From Desulfobacterales bacterium (GTDB taxonomy: Bacteria > Desulfobacterota > Desulfobacteria > Desulfobacterales > UBA2174): DNA of 64,000 bases. Below, in pieces: positions 52,879-62,953 of the stretch (positions are counted from its first letter, which is position 1; the number at the start of each line of letters is the position of its first letter). The notes under the pieces are model-generated. The model was not told the origin of the DNA and searched no databases. It saw only the letters and a program-made list of their open reading frames with translations. The stretch covers positions 224,001-288,000 of the forward strand of contig CAXXWC010000018.1 in NCBI GenBank assembly GCA_963668645.2. The letters are read 5' to 3'. Position numbers and translations under genes: made by a program.

Positions 52879-54069
52879 ATGGCCAGTCACGTTACCATGC
52901 CGCAGTTTACCGATACCATGGTATCGGGTATTGTTTCTTACTGGATAAAAAGTGAAGGGGACTCGATAAGCTTGGATGAGCCGATTGCGGTTATCGAAAC
53001 CGACAAGGCAACCATGGAGATCTTATCTCCGCAAGATGGATACCTGCTTAAGATATTGGCTCAAGAAGGCGAAAGCATCGATGTCGGTGAACCGATCGCA
53101 ATCATCGGAGAACCGGGCGAGAATATCGATTCGATGCTTGGCGAAGCGGCGGAAAGTCCGGCAAAACCAGAGCAGATGGACGAAACCGGCGGGTCAACGG
53201 CAAGCAGGGTGACAAAGATCGCTTCTCCTGCTGCAAAGCGTCTTGCCAGTGAAAATAATATCGACCTGGATGAAATCGAGGGATCCGGAAAAGACGGACT
53301 GATTTCTGCAAAAGATGTCAAAGATTATATCAAAAAAAGATCTGAAAGTTCACCGGTGATTGAAAGGCAGGAAAAAGAAGCCAAGGAACATTTTCCCGGC
53401 GGCCACGTTGAAGATGAAATCATCTCTATCAAAGGGATAAGGGCGGCGATGTTCGAAAGCATGACTGCCAGTGCCAAGATCCCGCAGGTGACTACGGTGG
53501 CCCAGGCCGATATGACGGAGATCGCCCTATTTAGCAAAGAGACTTCGGTATCGATTACTTCTTTTGTCGTTAGCGCAGTGGTTGAAGCCCTGAAAAAGTT
53601 TCCGCTGATCAATTCCAGGATTGAAGGAGACTCGATCCGGCTCTTCAAGAAGATGAACATCGGGGTGGCCGTGTCCACGCCCAACGGTCTTGTGGTTCCG
53701 GTGATCAAGGATGCCGAAAATAAGCATGTCATCAGGATTTCAAAAGAAATCTCCGATCTGGCCCGGAAAGGGCGAGAGGGCAGACTTTCGCTTGATGACC
53801 TTAAGGAACGGACTTTTACTGTCACCAATTCCGGTGTTTTCGGATCGATATTTTTCACCCCGCGCATAAATCCGCCCGAGGTCGCGGTCCTGGGAATCGG
53901 TAAAATCGTTGAACAACCGGTTGTTCTAAACGGCGGTATCCACATAAGGGCGATGATGTATCTCTGTCTTTCCTATGACCACCGTGTCATCGACGGGGAG
54001 ACGGCGGTCAAATTCGTGCAGGAAATTCGCATGATGCTCGAATCGCCCAAAGAACACCAGATCGCTTGA
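52879..54069 (+). CDS. Dihydrolipoamide acyltransferase (E2)
   Basis: ETDKA lipoyl site, ASPAAKRLA E3-binding domain, DHRVIDG; ATG at 52879 after AGGAG. Confidence 0.93.
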   Translation: MASHVTMPQFTDTMVSGIVSYWIKSEGDSISLDEPIAVIETDKATMEILSPQDGYLLKILAQEGESIDVGEPIAIIGEPGENIDSMLGEAAESPAKPEQMDETGGSTASRVTKIASPAAKRLASENNIDLDEIEGSGKDGLISAKDVKDYIKKRSESSPVIERQEKEAKEHFPGGHVEDEIISIKGIRAAMFESMTASAKIPQVTTVAQADMTEIALFSKETSVSITSFVVSAVVEALKKFPLINSRIEGDSIRLFKKMNIGVAVSTPNGLVVPVIKDAENKHVIRISKEISDLARKGREGRLSLDDLKERTFTVTNSGVFGSIFFTPRINPPEVAVLGIGKIVEQPVVLNGGIHIRAMMYLCLSYDHRVIDGETAVKFVQEIRMMLESPKEHQIA

Positions 54070-54119
54070 TAATCACGATAACTCGCATGTTTTGCTGAAT
54101 ATATGTCAAGAGGTGATGT

Positions 54120-54908
54120 ATGCAATACACGGGCATAAGCGCTCTTAAAAAAAGTCAACTGATTGCAGGTAAAGTCGCCGTGGTTACCGGTGCGGCCGCC
54201 GGTATCGGCGCATCCATTGCAAAGGTCTTTGCAGGCCAGGGGGCGAAAGTCGCCATCGTGGATCTGAACTACGATCAGGCCATGAAAGTCGCAGAAGAGA
54301 TCCTTTCGAGTGGGGGAGAGGCTTTCGCCGTGAAGGCCGATATTACCAAAGATGCGGATATCGATCGTATCTTTGAGGAGACCTGGAATAAATCTGAGCG
54401 ACTGGACGTCGTGGTGAACAATGCGGGCGGGGGACTTTCCACAGGTTTTTTTGACCTGCAACTCGAAGAGTGGAAACGCATCATCGACATCAATCTTACG
54501 GCCACTTTTAGAATCTCCCAGAAGGCGGCACCGTTTTTAATTAAAAATTCGGGTGGAAGCATTATCAACGTTTCTTCCCTGGCCGGCCGCTCGTGCAGTC
54601 CTACAGCCGGTTGCCACTACACGGCTTCAAAGGCAGGGGTGCTCGGATTGACAAGGCATATGGCAAGGGAATTGGCCAAATATAACATCAGGGTCAACTC
54701 GGTGTGCCCGGGGGTGGTCAACACAGAGAGGATCGCCACCCGTGTAAAGGCCCAGAACACCATGCAGGCGATTTGCGACGCGATCCCGCTGGGCAGATTG
54801 GGTGAGGCGGAAGAAGTGGCGGGTGGTTGTCTCTTTCTGGCCTCAGATCTGTCCAGCTACATGACCGGCGCAACCCTTGATATCAACGGCGGATCATTGA
54901 TGATTTAA
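54120..54908 (+). CDS. SDR oxidoreductase (FabG-like)
   Basis: TGAAAGIG, NNAG, YTASK. Confidence 0.93.
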   Translation: MQYTGISALKKSQLIAGKVAVVTGAAAGIGASIAKVFAGQGAKVAIVDLNYDQAMKVAEEILSSGGEAFAVKADITKDADIDRIFEETWNKSERLDVVVNNAGGGLSTGFFDLQLEEWKRIIDINLTATFRISQKAAPFLIKNSGGSIINVSSLAGRSCSPTAGCHYTASKAGVLGLTRHMARELAKYNIRVNSVCPGVVNTERIATRVKAQNTMQAICDAIPLGRLGEAEEVAGGCLFLASDLSSYMTGATLDINGGSLMI

Positions 54909-55117
54909 AGAGCCGTACAGCTCGCCCACCATTGCCTTTCAGGGCACCGGTTAGATTGGATCCCGCTAAAGGCGCCCAATCCGCCTGCGATAACAGCCGT
55001 CCTCCGGTGCTCCTGAAAGGCAAGCCGAGCGGCTCACGCACAAGCCGTTTGGAGTGAGCGGTCCCGACCGCCCAATCTTCGATCGGAAGCTGAAAGGGTG
55101 ATCGTCGAACTTGATAT

Positions 55118-57427
55118 TTACTGGAAGCGATCCAGATCCACCCACTCCTGCTTGATGATCGTCCACCAGTCCACCGCCAGGCCCTTGAGAACAAATTCAT
55201 ACGGTAGCCACCCATAGCCGCCGGTGCCCCAATCCGGTCCCCAGGAATTGCGGATCAAAATCGCGCCGCGGGTCGGCAGACTCCCGGGCTCGCTGTTTTG
55301 GATGATGATGCTGTCATTATAGCCGACAGCCGCCACGGCATGCCCCCCCACGGAGCGGTCCCGCAGCGAAGGGAAAGGTATTTTGCCTTCGCTGGTTTCG
55401 GCCTCGCCCATCGAATCGTACACCGTAAAACCGAACATGAGTGGATAGCCCGCCGCCAGGGATGTCTTGATTTCAAGCAGCAGAGCTTCGGGCTGAGTCC
55501 CCAGCGGGTCGAGGCGGTAGTAGCTTGCCGTTTGAAAGTTCTGGCCGAAGGCGTAGCAGAAAGCCGATGGTTCTTCGTCGAAACGCTCGGGCACGTAAGG
55601 CATGTAGCGCTCGGGCGGGACGCCGAAAAGGACCAGCGCTTCCATGGCCGTGCGCAGGTAGGCACCTGTATCGCCTTGCCAGTCGAGGAGGTTGCGCGTC
55701 ACTTTGTACAAAAATAGACGCGAGGCGTCGATGTGCTTTTGCTGGGTACGGATCTCGAAATATTCCACCAGAGAGATGGCCGCGTGGGCCGTGCAGGCGC
55801 CGATGGCCCCCTGATCCTCGACCGGAGAGCACCAGGGCCGGAGGTCGACGGCCGCGGGCGGATCCTCGGCTGCCCGCCGCAGGACCGGCGCAAGCATCTC
55901 CTTGACGGTTGGCTGGCCGGGAGCCTTGAGCTGGCGTTCGTATACGTTGTCGTAGCGAACGGAAAAATCGCGGCAGTCCGGAAGGTCTCTCACCCACCCG
56001 AAACGGTTTTCCCCGCGGATGCGTTTGATAAAGGCGTGCCTCGAGTTGCGGTCCAGGGCCCCGGGATGGGGCGGTTGAATATGCAATCGTTCAGGGGCCT
56101 GCGGGGATTTCAGATTCAAAAAGGCCGCCGGCGCGATCCGCGACATGGCCTCCAGGTCGCCGTGTGAAAAGACTTCTTTGAACTGAGCGAAATATTCTTC
56201 CAGGTGAATCAGGTCCGTAATCAGCATGACATCGAAATCCGTGCCGAAAAGGAGCCGCTCTTTCAGGATGACCTGCTCGTCAAGCATCGTTTTGACCGCT
56301 TTTAGCTTCTCCGAATCGGTGTAGCAGGCAAGGTCGGTGAAGATACGGCTTTGCGGCTTTTTCATCAGGTCGATGATTTTTTCGGCCCAGCCTTTCCCGT
56401 TGTTGCCGAAATGGGCGAAGTTGACCCGCAGGCGCGGATGGGCATCGAGGATGGCCTTCCAGTTGTCCGGATCGCCGAATTCGTTGTAGGCAGTGATTGG
56501 CGGGGGCGGAAATCCGGAGGCACTGCAATGCAGGGTGATGGGGATCTGGTTGTCTTCGCACCAGCCATAGAACCCCGGGCATAGCCTTTCCACGTCCTGG
56601 GGCGTGTAACCCAGGCGCGGGTAAAGCTTGATGCCGAAAAAGGGGCCGTTTGGGCCTACGAGGGGGGCCTCGTTGGGAAGAAAGCGCCGGCCCTTGGTCA
56701 CCACGTCCATGATGCCGATGCGCCGCGGATCCACCGCAAAAAAAGGAAAGACGCAATCCGGGTGGGCCTTGCGCAGGGCTATCAATTCCCATACCTGCTT
56801 TTCAAAGGCTTTGGACAGCTCGATCCCGTCGGTGAAAGAGGCTCTCAGCCCCTGGTCCTGGGGGCGGATGATCCCCTTGTAGATACGGTCCATTTCGGCT
56901 TCGGCGTCCGCCGGTGCCGGTCCGGCACCCAAAGCTTGCATCGCCTGCATCCGGGCCGGCAGGATTTCATCCCTTCTGCGGATCACGGCCTGTCTGAGTT
57001 CGTCGAAAAGCAGCTCGAACTCCTTGGCCGGATCTTTGACAAAGGGGCCGCGGCCTTTTGCGGCGGTGGCTTTGGGGGGCGCGGAACTGGGGTCGGCGAA
57101 CATGTAGTAGATATCCATCATCAGCGGGTAGACGATGATCGGCTCCAGGGGCTGGAAGCTTTTACGGTAGGCGTTGGTGAGCAGTTGAAAGTTTTGTTCA
57201 TAGGAATTGAAAGCCGAATCGGCCACCTCGCTGATCTGTTTGAGGATTGCGGCCAGCCAGTCCCGGATTTCCTTGCGGCGCACCCCGGCGGCGGCCCGGA
57301 GGGCTTCCGGCCGGTGGGGATAGTTGCCCCAGAGTTTGTCCCAGAGGATTTGGGCGACTTCGCTGGTCAAATAAAAAACGTTGAAAAGGTGACAATGGGC
57401 ATCGATTCGCGGCGATTGGGGCGCCAT
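55118..57427 (-). CDS. Fusion of an amidohydrolase_2-like domain and a papain-family (C1A) cysteine peptidase
   Basis: IDAHCH, GIKLYP, FAHFG, FGTDF, then DQGAIGAC, GGHAV, IRNSWG; AAGGAGG RBS before ATG 57427. Confidence 0.85.
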   Translation of the reverse strand: MAPQSPRIDAHCHLFNVFYLTSEVAQILWDKLWGNYPHRPEALRAAAGVRRKEIRDWLAAILKQISEVADSAFNSYEQNFQLLTNAYRKSFQPLEPIIVYPLMMDIYYMFADPSSAPPKATAAKGRGPFVKDPAKEFELLFDELRQAVIRRRDEILPARMQAMQALGAGPAPADAEAEMDRIYKGIIRPQDQGLRASFTDGIELSKAFEKQVWELIALRKAHPDCVFPFFAVDPRRIGIMDVVTKGRRFLPNEAPLVGPNGPFFGIKLYPRLGYTPQDVERLCPGFYGWCEDNQIPITLHCSASGFPPPPITAYNEFGDPDNWKAILDAHPRLRVNFAHFGNNGKGWAEKIIDLMKKPQSRIFTDLACYTDSEKLKAVKTMLDEQVILKERLLFGTDFDVMLITDLIHLEEYFAQFKEVFSHGDLEAMSRIAPAAFLNLKSPQAPERLHIQPPHPGALDRNSRHAFIKRIRGENRFGWVRDLPDCRDFSVRYDNVYERQLKAPGQPTVKEMLAPVLRRAAEDPPAAVDLRPWCSPVEDQGAIGACTAHAAISLVEYFEIRTQQKHIDASRLFLYKVTRNLLDWQGDTGAYLRTAMEALVLFGVPPERYMPYVPERFDEEPSAFCYAFGQNFQTASYYRLDPLGTQPEALLLEIKTSLAAGYPLMFGFTVYDSMGEAETSEGKIPFPSLRDRSVGGHAVAAVGYNDSIIIQNSEPGSLPTRGAILIRNSWGPDWGTGGYGWLPYEFVLKGLAVDWWTIIKQEWVDLDRFQ

Positions 57428-57836
57428 GGCAAGCCTCCTTTGACTGGTTGGGGTACAAAATATCTTCGGAAGCGGTTTTCTGGATAAAGGGCCGGAGTGA
57501 TTCAAAGCGGCGCTTCACGCGATTCGGATCAAGGTCCGGAATATTGCTGCGAGGCCCTTCAGCAGGAGAAGAGAGGAGGCGGCGATAATTACAAGAGTGC
57601 TTTGATCAGGCCGTTTTTCCGGGCAAGGGGGAGTTCCGGTCTTAATGAAGCGCCGATAACATTTTTGATATACAAAAAGGAATATCTGCTTTTAGCATGC
57701 GGTCATACGGGTGTCAAGACGACCATAGACGGTTCAATCTCTTGTGCCGGTCCGTGGTTGCGGTGTATCTTAAACCGATCGTCCATCTCCCAATCCCGCC
57801 CGCTCGAACGGGCTACCTCAATGAAAGGAGCGTCCC

Positions 57837-58418
57837 ATGAGTGCCAAGAAGATACTGATGCTCGTAGGCGACTTCGTGGAGGATTACGAGGTCATGGTGC
57901 CTTTCCAGACCCTGCTGACGGTGGGCCATACGGTCCACGCGGTCTGTCCGGACAAGCAGGCAGGCCAGACGGTGCGCACCGCGGTGCACGATTTCGAGGG
58001 AGACCAGACTTACAGTGAAAAGCCGGGCCACAACTTCGCGCTCAACGCGACCTTCGCCGAGATCAAAGCCGAGGAGTACGACGCTTTGGTGATCCCCGGC
58101 GGCCGGGCCCCGGAATACATCCGCCTCAATCCGGATGTGATCTCGATGGTGCAGCATTTTGCCCGGGCCGGAAAGCCGATCGCTGCCATCTGCCACGGGG
58201 CCCAGGTCCTGGCCGCCGCCGGCGTGCTCGGCGGCAAATCCTGCTCCGCCTACCCGGCAGTCGGTCCGGACGTGACCTGTGCGGGTGGCGCATACGCTGA
58301 CATTCCGGTAGACAAGGCCCATGTGGACGGCAACCTTGTAACGGCCCCGGCCTGGCCCGCCCATCCGGACTGGCTGGCCAAGTTTCTCAAGGTGCTGGGG
58401 ACCCGCATCGAGCCGTGA
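57837..58418 (+). CDS. DJ-1/PfpI family protein
   Basis: [17 protein letters not shown]. Confidence 0.92.
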   Translation: MSAKKILMLVGDFVEDYEVMVPFQTLLTVGHTVHAVCPDKQAGQTVRTAVHDFEGDQTYSEKPGHNFALNATFAEIKAEEYDALVIPGGRAPEYIRLNPDVISMVQHFARAGKPIAAICHGAQVLAAAGVLGGKSCSAYPAVGPDVTCAGGAYADIPVDKAHVDGNLVTAPAWPAHPDWLAKFLKVLGTRIEP

Positions 58419-58625
58419 CCGGGGGGGGGCGGCCGGCGCGGTCGTTGAAAAGTGCTTGGCCGGCTCTTGGGGGCCTGTTTCTTGGCGTATCCGGCTATTG
58501 CTCGTCCAGGGTGCCTTCCGGCGGGCGAACGGCGATGTCGCCCGCCGGGTTCTGCCGGGCATCCTAGCCGGCGCGGACCAATGCCTTCACCGCGCTGCGG
58601 GTGTAGCCGTCCGCTTCGAGGCCTT

Positions 58626-59825
58626 TTATCCGTCCAGGTTGTCCGGTCTTTCATCCGGAACCCCCAGCATGTGCAAAAGGCCGTAGAGGTTGTGGGTGGT
58701 GATCATCCCGTCGCTGTACTGCTTGAGCACTTCTTTCGGGTTGAAGGCGATGGCCAGACCGGCGTTCTGGAGCATGAAGCGGTCGTTGGCCCCGTCGCCC
58801 ACCGCCACCACCTGGTCCGGGGAAACCCTTTCCAGCCGGGCGATCTCCATGAGAATGTCGCCCTTTTTTTCCGCGTCGATGATCCCCCCGCGCAGGTTGC
58901 CGGTGACGATGCCGTTTTTGATCTCCAGTTCGTTGGCAAAGACGTAGTCGAGATTGAGGCGTTCCTTGAGGTAGTTGGTGAAAAAGGAGAAGCCGCCCGA
59001 GATGACCGCGATCTTGTAGCCCATGGTGCGCAGCACCGAGATGAGTTCCTCGGTTCCCGGGGTCAGGGTGATGGAGCGGGCCAGCAGCGCCAATTTGTCC
59101 TCCGGCAGCCCTTTCAAGAGCTTGACCCGGCTGCGGATAGCCTCGTTGAAGTCCAGGGTTCCGGCCATGGCCTCGTGGGTCATTTGGCGCACCTGCTGGT
59201 CCACCCCGGCGATCTTGGCCAGTTCATCGATAACCTCGGCTTGGATGATGGTCGAATCGCAGTCGAAGACCACCACGCGTTTGGGCTTTTCCAGCACATC
59301 GTACTCGCGCATCGACACATCCAGACCATCCATTTCCGAGTAGGCGTAGAGCTGGTCGCGGATGTGCACCAGATCGGCGACCTCGCTCATGTCGACCTTG
59401 ATTTCCATGGCGATATAGTCGCCCCGGGCGATCATCTTGATTTTTTCGATGTTGATGTGGTTTTTGGCAAGGATCGACGAAATGGACGCCACAATACCCG
59501 GGTGATCCACACCCATGACGGTCAGGATCATCAGATGTTTGTCGGTTTTGCGCCGTCCGGCCTGATAGGGTTCGGCCCGCAGTCCCAGGTCGAAATTTTC
59601 ACCCACCGGCTTCAAGGCGCTCATCATCTCATCATAGGTGCAGGCGGCCGTGCTCAGGTCGACCACCAGGAACATGGAAAAGTGGCCGCGCACCGAACGG
59701 GCATCCACGTCGACGATATTGACGTTTAACTTGGCCAGGACCTCGGTGACCGAGTGAACCAGGCCGGGACGGTCCTTGCTGACCGCGGAGATGACGTAGA
59801 GAGAGCCTTTGTCGTTTAAATTCAT
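58626..59825 (-). CDS. serB: Phosphoserine phosphatase with two ACT domains
   Basis: DRPG ACT motif, FDCDST, ISGGF, GDGAND. Confidence 0.93.
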   Translation of the reverse strand: MNLNDKGSLYVISAVSKDRPGLVHSVTEVLAKLNVNIVDVDARSVRGHFSMFLVVDLSTAACTYDEMMSALKPVGENFDLGLRAEPYQAGRRKTDKHLMILTVMGVDHPGIVASISSILAKNHINIEKIKMIARGDYIAMEIKVDMSEVADLVHIRDQLYAYSEMDGLDVSMREYDVLEKPKRVVVFDCDSTIIQAEVIDELAKIAGVDQQVRQMTHEAMAGTLDFNEAIRSRVKLLKGLPEDKLALLARSITLTPGTEELISVLRTMGYKIAVISGGFSFFTNYLKERLNLDYVFANELEIKNGIVTGNLRGGIIDAEKKGDILMEIARLERVSPDQVVAVGDGANDRFMLQNAGLAIAFNPKEVLKQYSDGMITTHNLYGLLHMLGVPDERPDNLDG

Positions 59826-60148
59826 CGCAGGTTCGACATCCTATGGGGTATCGGTTCAGTGTGGTCCGTTTGTGAAGGCTGTTTTCAAGTGTGCCTGCTC
59901 AAGTAGCTTGATCAATCTGCGGTGTCAACGGCGTTGAAGGGGGTCGGAAGAAATTAACCAGCGGGACGGTCGGGGGCTGCTCGTGGAAGTGAGGCCCGGC
60001 TGCCCCCCAGGAGGACGGATCCGGCAGGACGGCCTCGTTCGGTCTTTCTTGCCAATCCGGGGCGATTGTGCCATGCACTGTCGGCGACAGTGCGGCCGCC
60101 GATCACCTGAACAAAGGCATCTGAAAGGGCCGCCCAAAGGAGAATCTG

Positions 60149-61333
60149 ATGAAGAGCGAAGCTATACCGGCGCCCGGCACTCTGGCGGTGTGGGCCGGTG
60201 AAGAAGAATACCTCATGGACCAGGCCACCCAGGTGCCGGTGGTCCACAGCGTTTCCTTCGGCTACAAAGATCTGGAGCAGTGGCTGGCCGTGGCCCGCGG
60301 CCAGGCCCCGGGCCATATTTACAGCCGCAACACCAATCCCACGGTGCAGGTCTTCGAAGAGAAGGTGCGCCGGCTGGAAGGGGGCGAAGCCGCCACCAGC
60401 GCCGCTACCGGCATGGCCATCATCAGCGCCACGCTCTTCGGCCTGCTGCGGCCCGGCGACCGGGTGGTCTCGGTAAAAGATACCTACGGCGGCACCCATC
60501 AGCTTTTTGCCGAATTTCTGCCCCGCTTCGGTATTCAGGCGGTGCTTTGCGACACCACCGACCACGAGGCCATCGAGGCCGAGATCGCCCGCGGCTGCCG
60601 TCTGCTTTATCTGGAAAGCCCCACCAACCCGACCTGCAAGGTGATGGATCTGGCCCGGCTGCTCGAAGCGGCAAAATCCACCTCAGCCCTGACGGTGGTG
60701 GACAACACCTTTGCCACCCCCATCAACCAGAACCCCCTGCAACTGGGCGCCGACCTCGTGCTGCACAGCGCCACCAAATACCTCGGCGGGCATGCCGACG
60801 CTCTGGGCGGGGTGGCCTGCGGCCGGCGCGACCTGATCCACAGCATTTACCATTACCGTGAAATCAACGGCGCGGCCCTCGATCCCATGGCGGCCTATCT
60901 GCTTTTGCGCGGCATGAAGACCCTCCACCTGCGGGTGCGCCAGCAAAATGCCAGCGCCCTGGCCGTGGCCCGCTTTCTCGAAACCCATCCGGCCGTGGCC
61001 CATGTCTTTTACCCCGGCCTTGAATCCCATCCGGGCCACGACATCGCCCGGCGCCAGATGCGCGGCTTCGGCGGCATGCTCAGCTTCATGCTGGCCGACA
61101 ACAGCCTGGAGGCGGTGGCCCGCTTTCTTCCCATGCTGCGTTTTGCCCACGCGGCGGCCAACCTCGGGGCGGTGGAGACCATCGTCGGCCCGCCGGCCAC
61201 CACCAGCCACGTGGAATGCTCTGCCGAGGAGCGCGCTGCCATGGGTATCCCGGAGGGGCTGATCCGATATTCCACCGGCATCGAGGAGACAGCGGATCTG
61301 ATCGCTGACCTGGATCAGGCCCTGGCCGGATGA
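60149..61333 (+). CDS. PLP-dependent trans-sulfuration enzyme (cystathionine gamma-synthase/lyase family)
   Basis: YSRNTNPT, ESPTNP, DNTFA, HSATKYLGGH. Confidence 0.92.
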   Translation: MKSEAIPAPGTLAVWAGEEEYLMDQATQVPVVHSVSFGYKDLEQWLAVARGQAPGHIYSRNTNPTVQVFEEKVRRLEGGEAATSAATGMAIISATLFGLLRPGDRVVSVKDTYGGTHQLFAEFLPRFGIQAVLCDTTDHEAIEAEIARGCRLLYLESPTNPTCKVMDLARLLEAAKSTSALTVVDNTFATPINQNPLQLGADLVLHSATKYLGGHADALGGVACGRRDLIHSIYHYREINGAALDPMAAYLLLRGMKTLHLRVRQQNASALAVARFLETHPAVAHVFYPGLESHPGHDIARRQMRGFGGMLSFMLADNSLEAVARFLPMLRFAHAAANLGAVETIVGPPATTSHVECSAEERAAMGIPEGLIRYSTGIEETADLIADLDQALAG

Positions 61334-61476
61334 CAGCTGGCAGGGATCTATCAGAAGCACCTGACGAAAACCGCACCCCGAAAGGTTCTGGGGGCGGGTC
61401 ATCAAAAAAGAAGCCCTTGGGACATGATCTGAAAATGGTCGAACGTTCCTCATATTTTGAAGATCTGCCATCCCTC

Positions 61477-62799
61477 ATGAGCAGGGCCACAGAATTTTTC
61501 AATCTGAGGCGAAAGTGCCCGGCGAGATGCAAAAAGATCCTCGGGGGCCTCGTTTTTTGGGTGCTCCTGGGACTTCCGGCGGCCTCACCGGTCCATCCAT
61601 CGGATGTAACGGTCCATGTGGAATCGTTGACCATCCCGCTTGCCCGGCGGTATCCGGCCGGGGCAGCCATTTACGCGCGCAACGTCTGGGACTTGCAGGC
61701 ATTCGAGGGTCGCTTATATGTGGGCGGGGGAAACTGGGACAACAAAGGGCCCTCGTCCAATGCAGGGCCGGTGCCGATTCTGGCCTGGGACGCGGACAAA
61801 GGAAGGGTTGTCCAAGAAGGGGAAGTCGATGACGAAGAAATCAGCCGCTTTGAGATAATCGGCGGCAGGCTCTATATCCCGGGCGCCGATGCCTTGGAAA
61901 GCTGGAAGCTGGGCAACCTCTATAGGCGGGAAACGGATGGGCATTGGCGCAAACTGCGTACCATCCCCCGGGCCATTCATGCATTTGCCCTGACGGACTA
62001 TGGCGGCCGCCTTTACGCCGGGCTGAAGGCAACGGATACGGTCCCGTGGTATGTGGATTTTAAAGGATACGGGGCGGCCGTGGCGGTGTCCGAAAATAGC
62101 GGCAGCTCCTGGAAATTCCTGCCACTGGGAGGTTTTGGTGCTTTCGAATTCCTTCAGGTGGACGGATGCCTCTATGCAATGGACCTGACCCCGGGTCCTG
62201 GGTTGAGGCAATGGATTTCAAAACAGGATCGAGAAGCGTACTATGCACCGGCGTATGCCCTGGACCCTTCTGGATTGTGCTTTGAACGCAGGCCTGATCT
62301 CGATGCGGCCCATCTCTTCCCGGATACGCCCGAAGCCCGGGAAAGGGCCTGCTGCGTGCACCGGCCGGTATCTTTCGGCCGAAGCGCTCTTTACATTGGT
62401 GCTTGCGGCGGCCCTTTCGGACTTTACCGGGCCGGCTCCCTGCACAAGGGCAAGGTCCGTACAGCCCGCATTCCATTGCCCCCAGGAACTATCCCGCAGG
62501 ACCTGCTGATCCGCGATGGTGTGGTGTTCGTTCTGCTCCAGGGTCCTACCGATAAAAAGGGAATTCAGATCCGGGTGCTGGCCAGCCGGGATCTTGATCA
62601 ATGGTTTGATCTTTTGCGTTTTACAGCCCCTACCTTTGCCCGGTCGTTCGAGATTTTGAACGGTGATTTCTACTTCGGCCTGGGCTGTACGGTAAAGAGT
62701 CGTTCTGAATGGAATCCGGCGGAACTGCACCCGGAAACCGGCCGGCTGCTGAGGATCAAAGGTGGATATCTGCCGGCGCTACGTACTTATCTAAAATAA
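61477..62799 (+). CDS. Hypothetical exported beta-propeller-like protein
   Basis: Long ORF with a signal-like segment and repeated GRLY motifs; start uncertain (the ORF opens at 61330). Confidence 0.65.
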   Translation: MSRATEFFNLRRKCPARCKKILGGLVFWVLLGLPAASPVHPSDVTVHVESLTIPLARRYPAGAAIYARNVWDLQAFEGRLYVGGGNWDNKGPSSNAGPVPILAWDADKGRVVQEGEVDDEEISRFEIIGGRLYIPGADALESWKLGNLYRRETDGHWRKLRTIPRAIHAFALTDYGGRLYAGLKATDTVPWYVDFKGYGAAVAVSENSGSSWKFLPLGGFGAFEFLQVDGCLYAMDLTPGPGLRQWISKQDREAYYAPAYALDPSGLCFERRPDLDAAHLFPDTPEARERACCVHRPVSFGRSALYIGACGGPFGLYRAGSLHKGKVRTARIPLPPGTIPQDLLIRDGVVFVLLQGPTDKKGIQIRVLASRDLDQWFDLLRFTAPTFARSFEILNGDFYFGLGCTVKSRSEWNPAELHPETGRLLRIKGGYLPALRTYLK

Positions 62800-62953
62800 T
62801 GACTTTGTTTAATACACTTGGGCATAAGATTCTCACTTTGAACGGGCATCAATCTCCTTTGATGGACTAAAGTGCCCATAGCGCTTCCGGATAATAATAA
62901 AAAGGGAACCGGGAAAACAACGCTTAGCCGGCACATACTTCCCGGCGCAACTG

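Noticed and set aside
57508..57655. Inverted CGGCGCTTCA/TGAAGCGCCG about 140 bp apart as a MITE
   Set aside because: Only 10 bp match and no second copy is present in the window.
59950..60148. SAM riboswitch upstream of the trans-sulfuration gene
   Set aside because: No S-box consensus elements were found.
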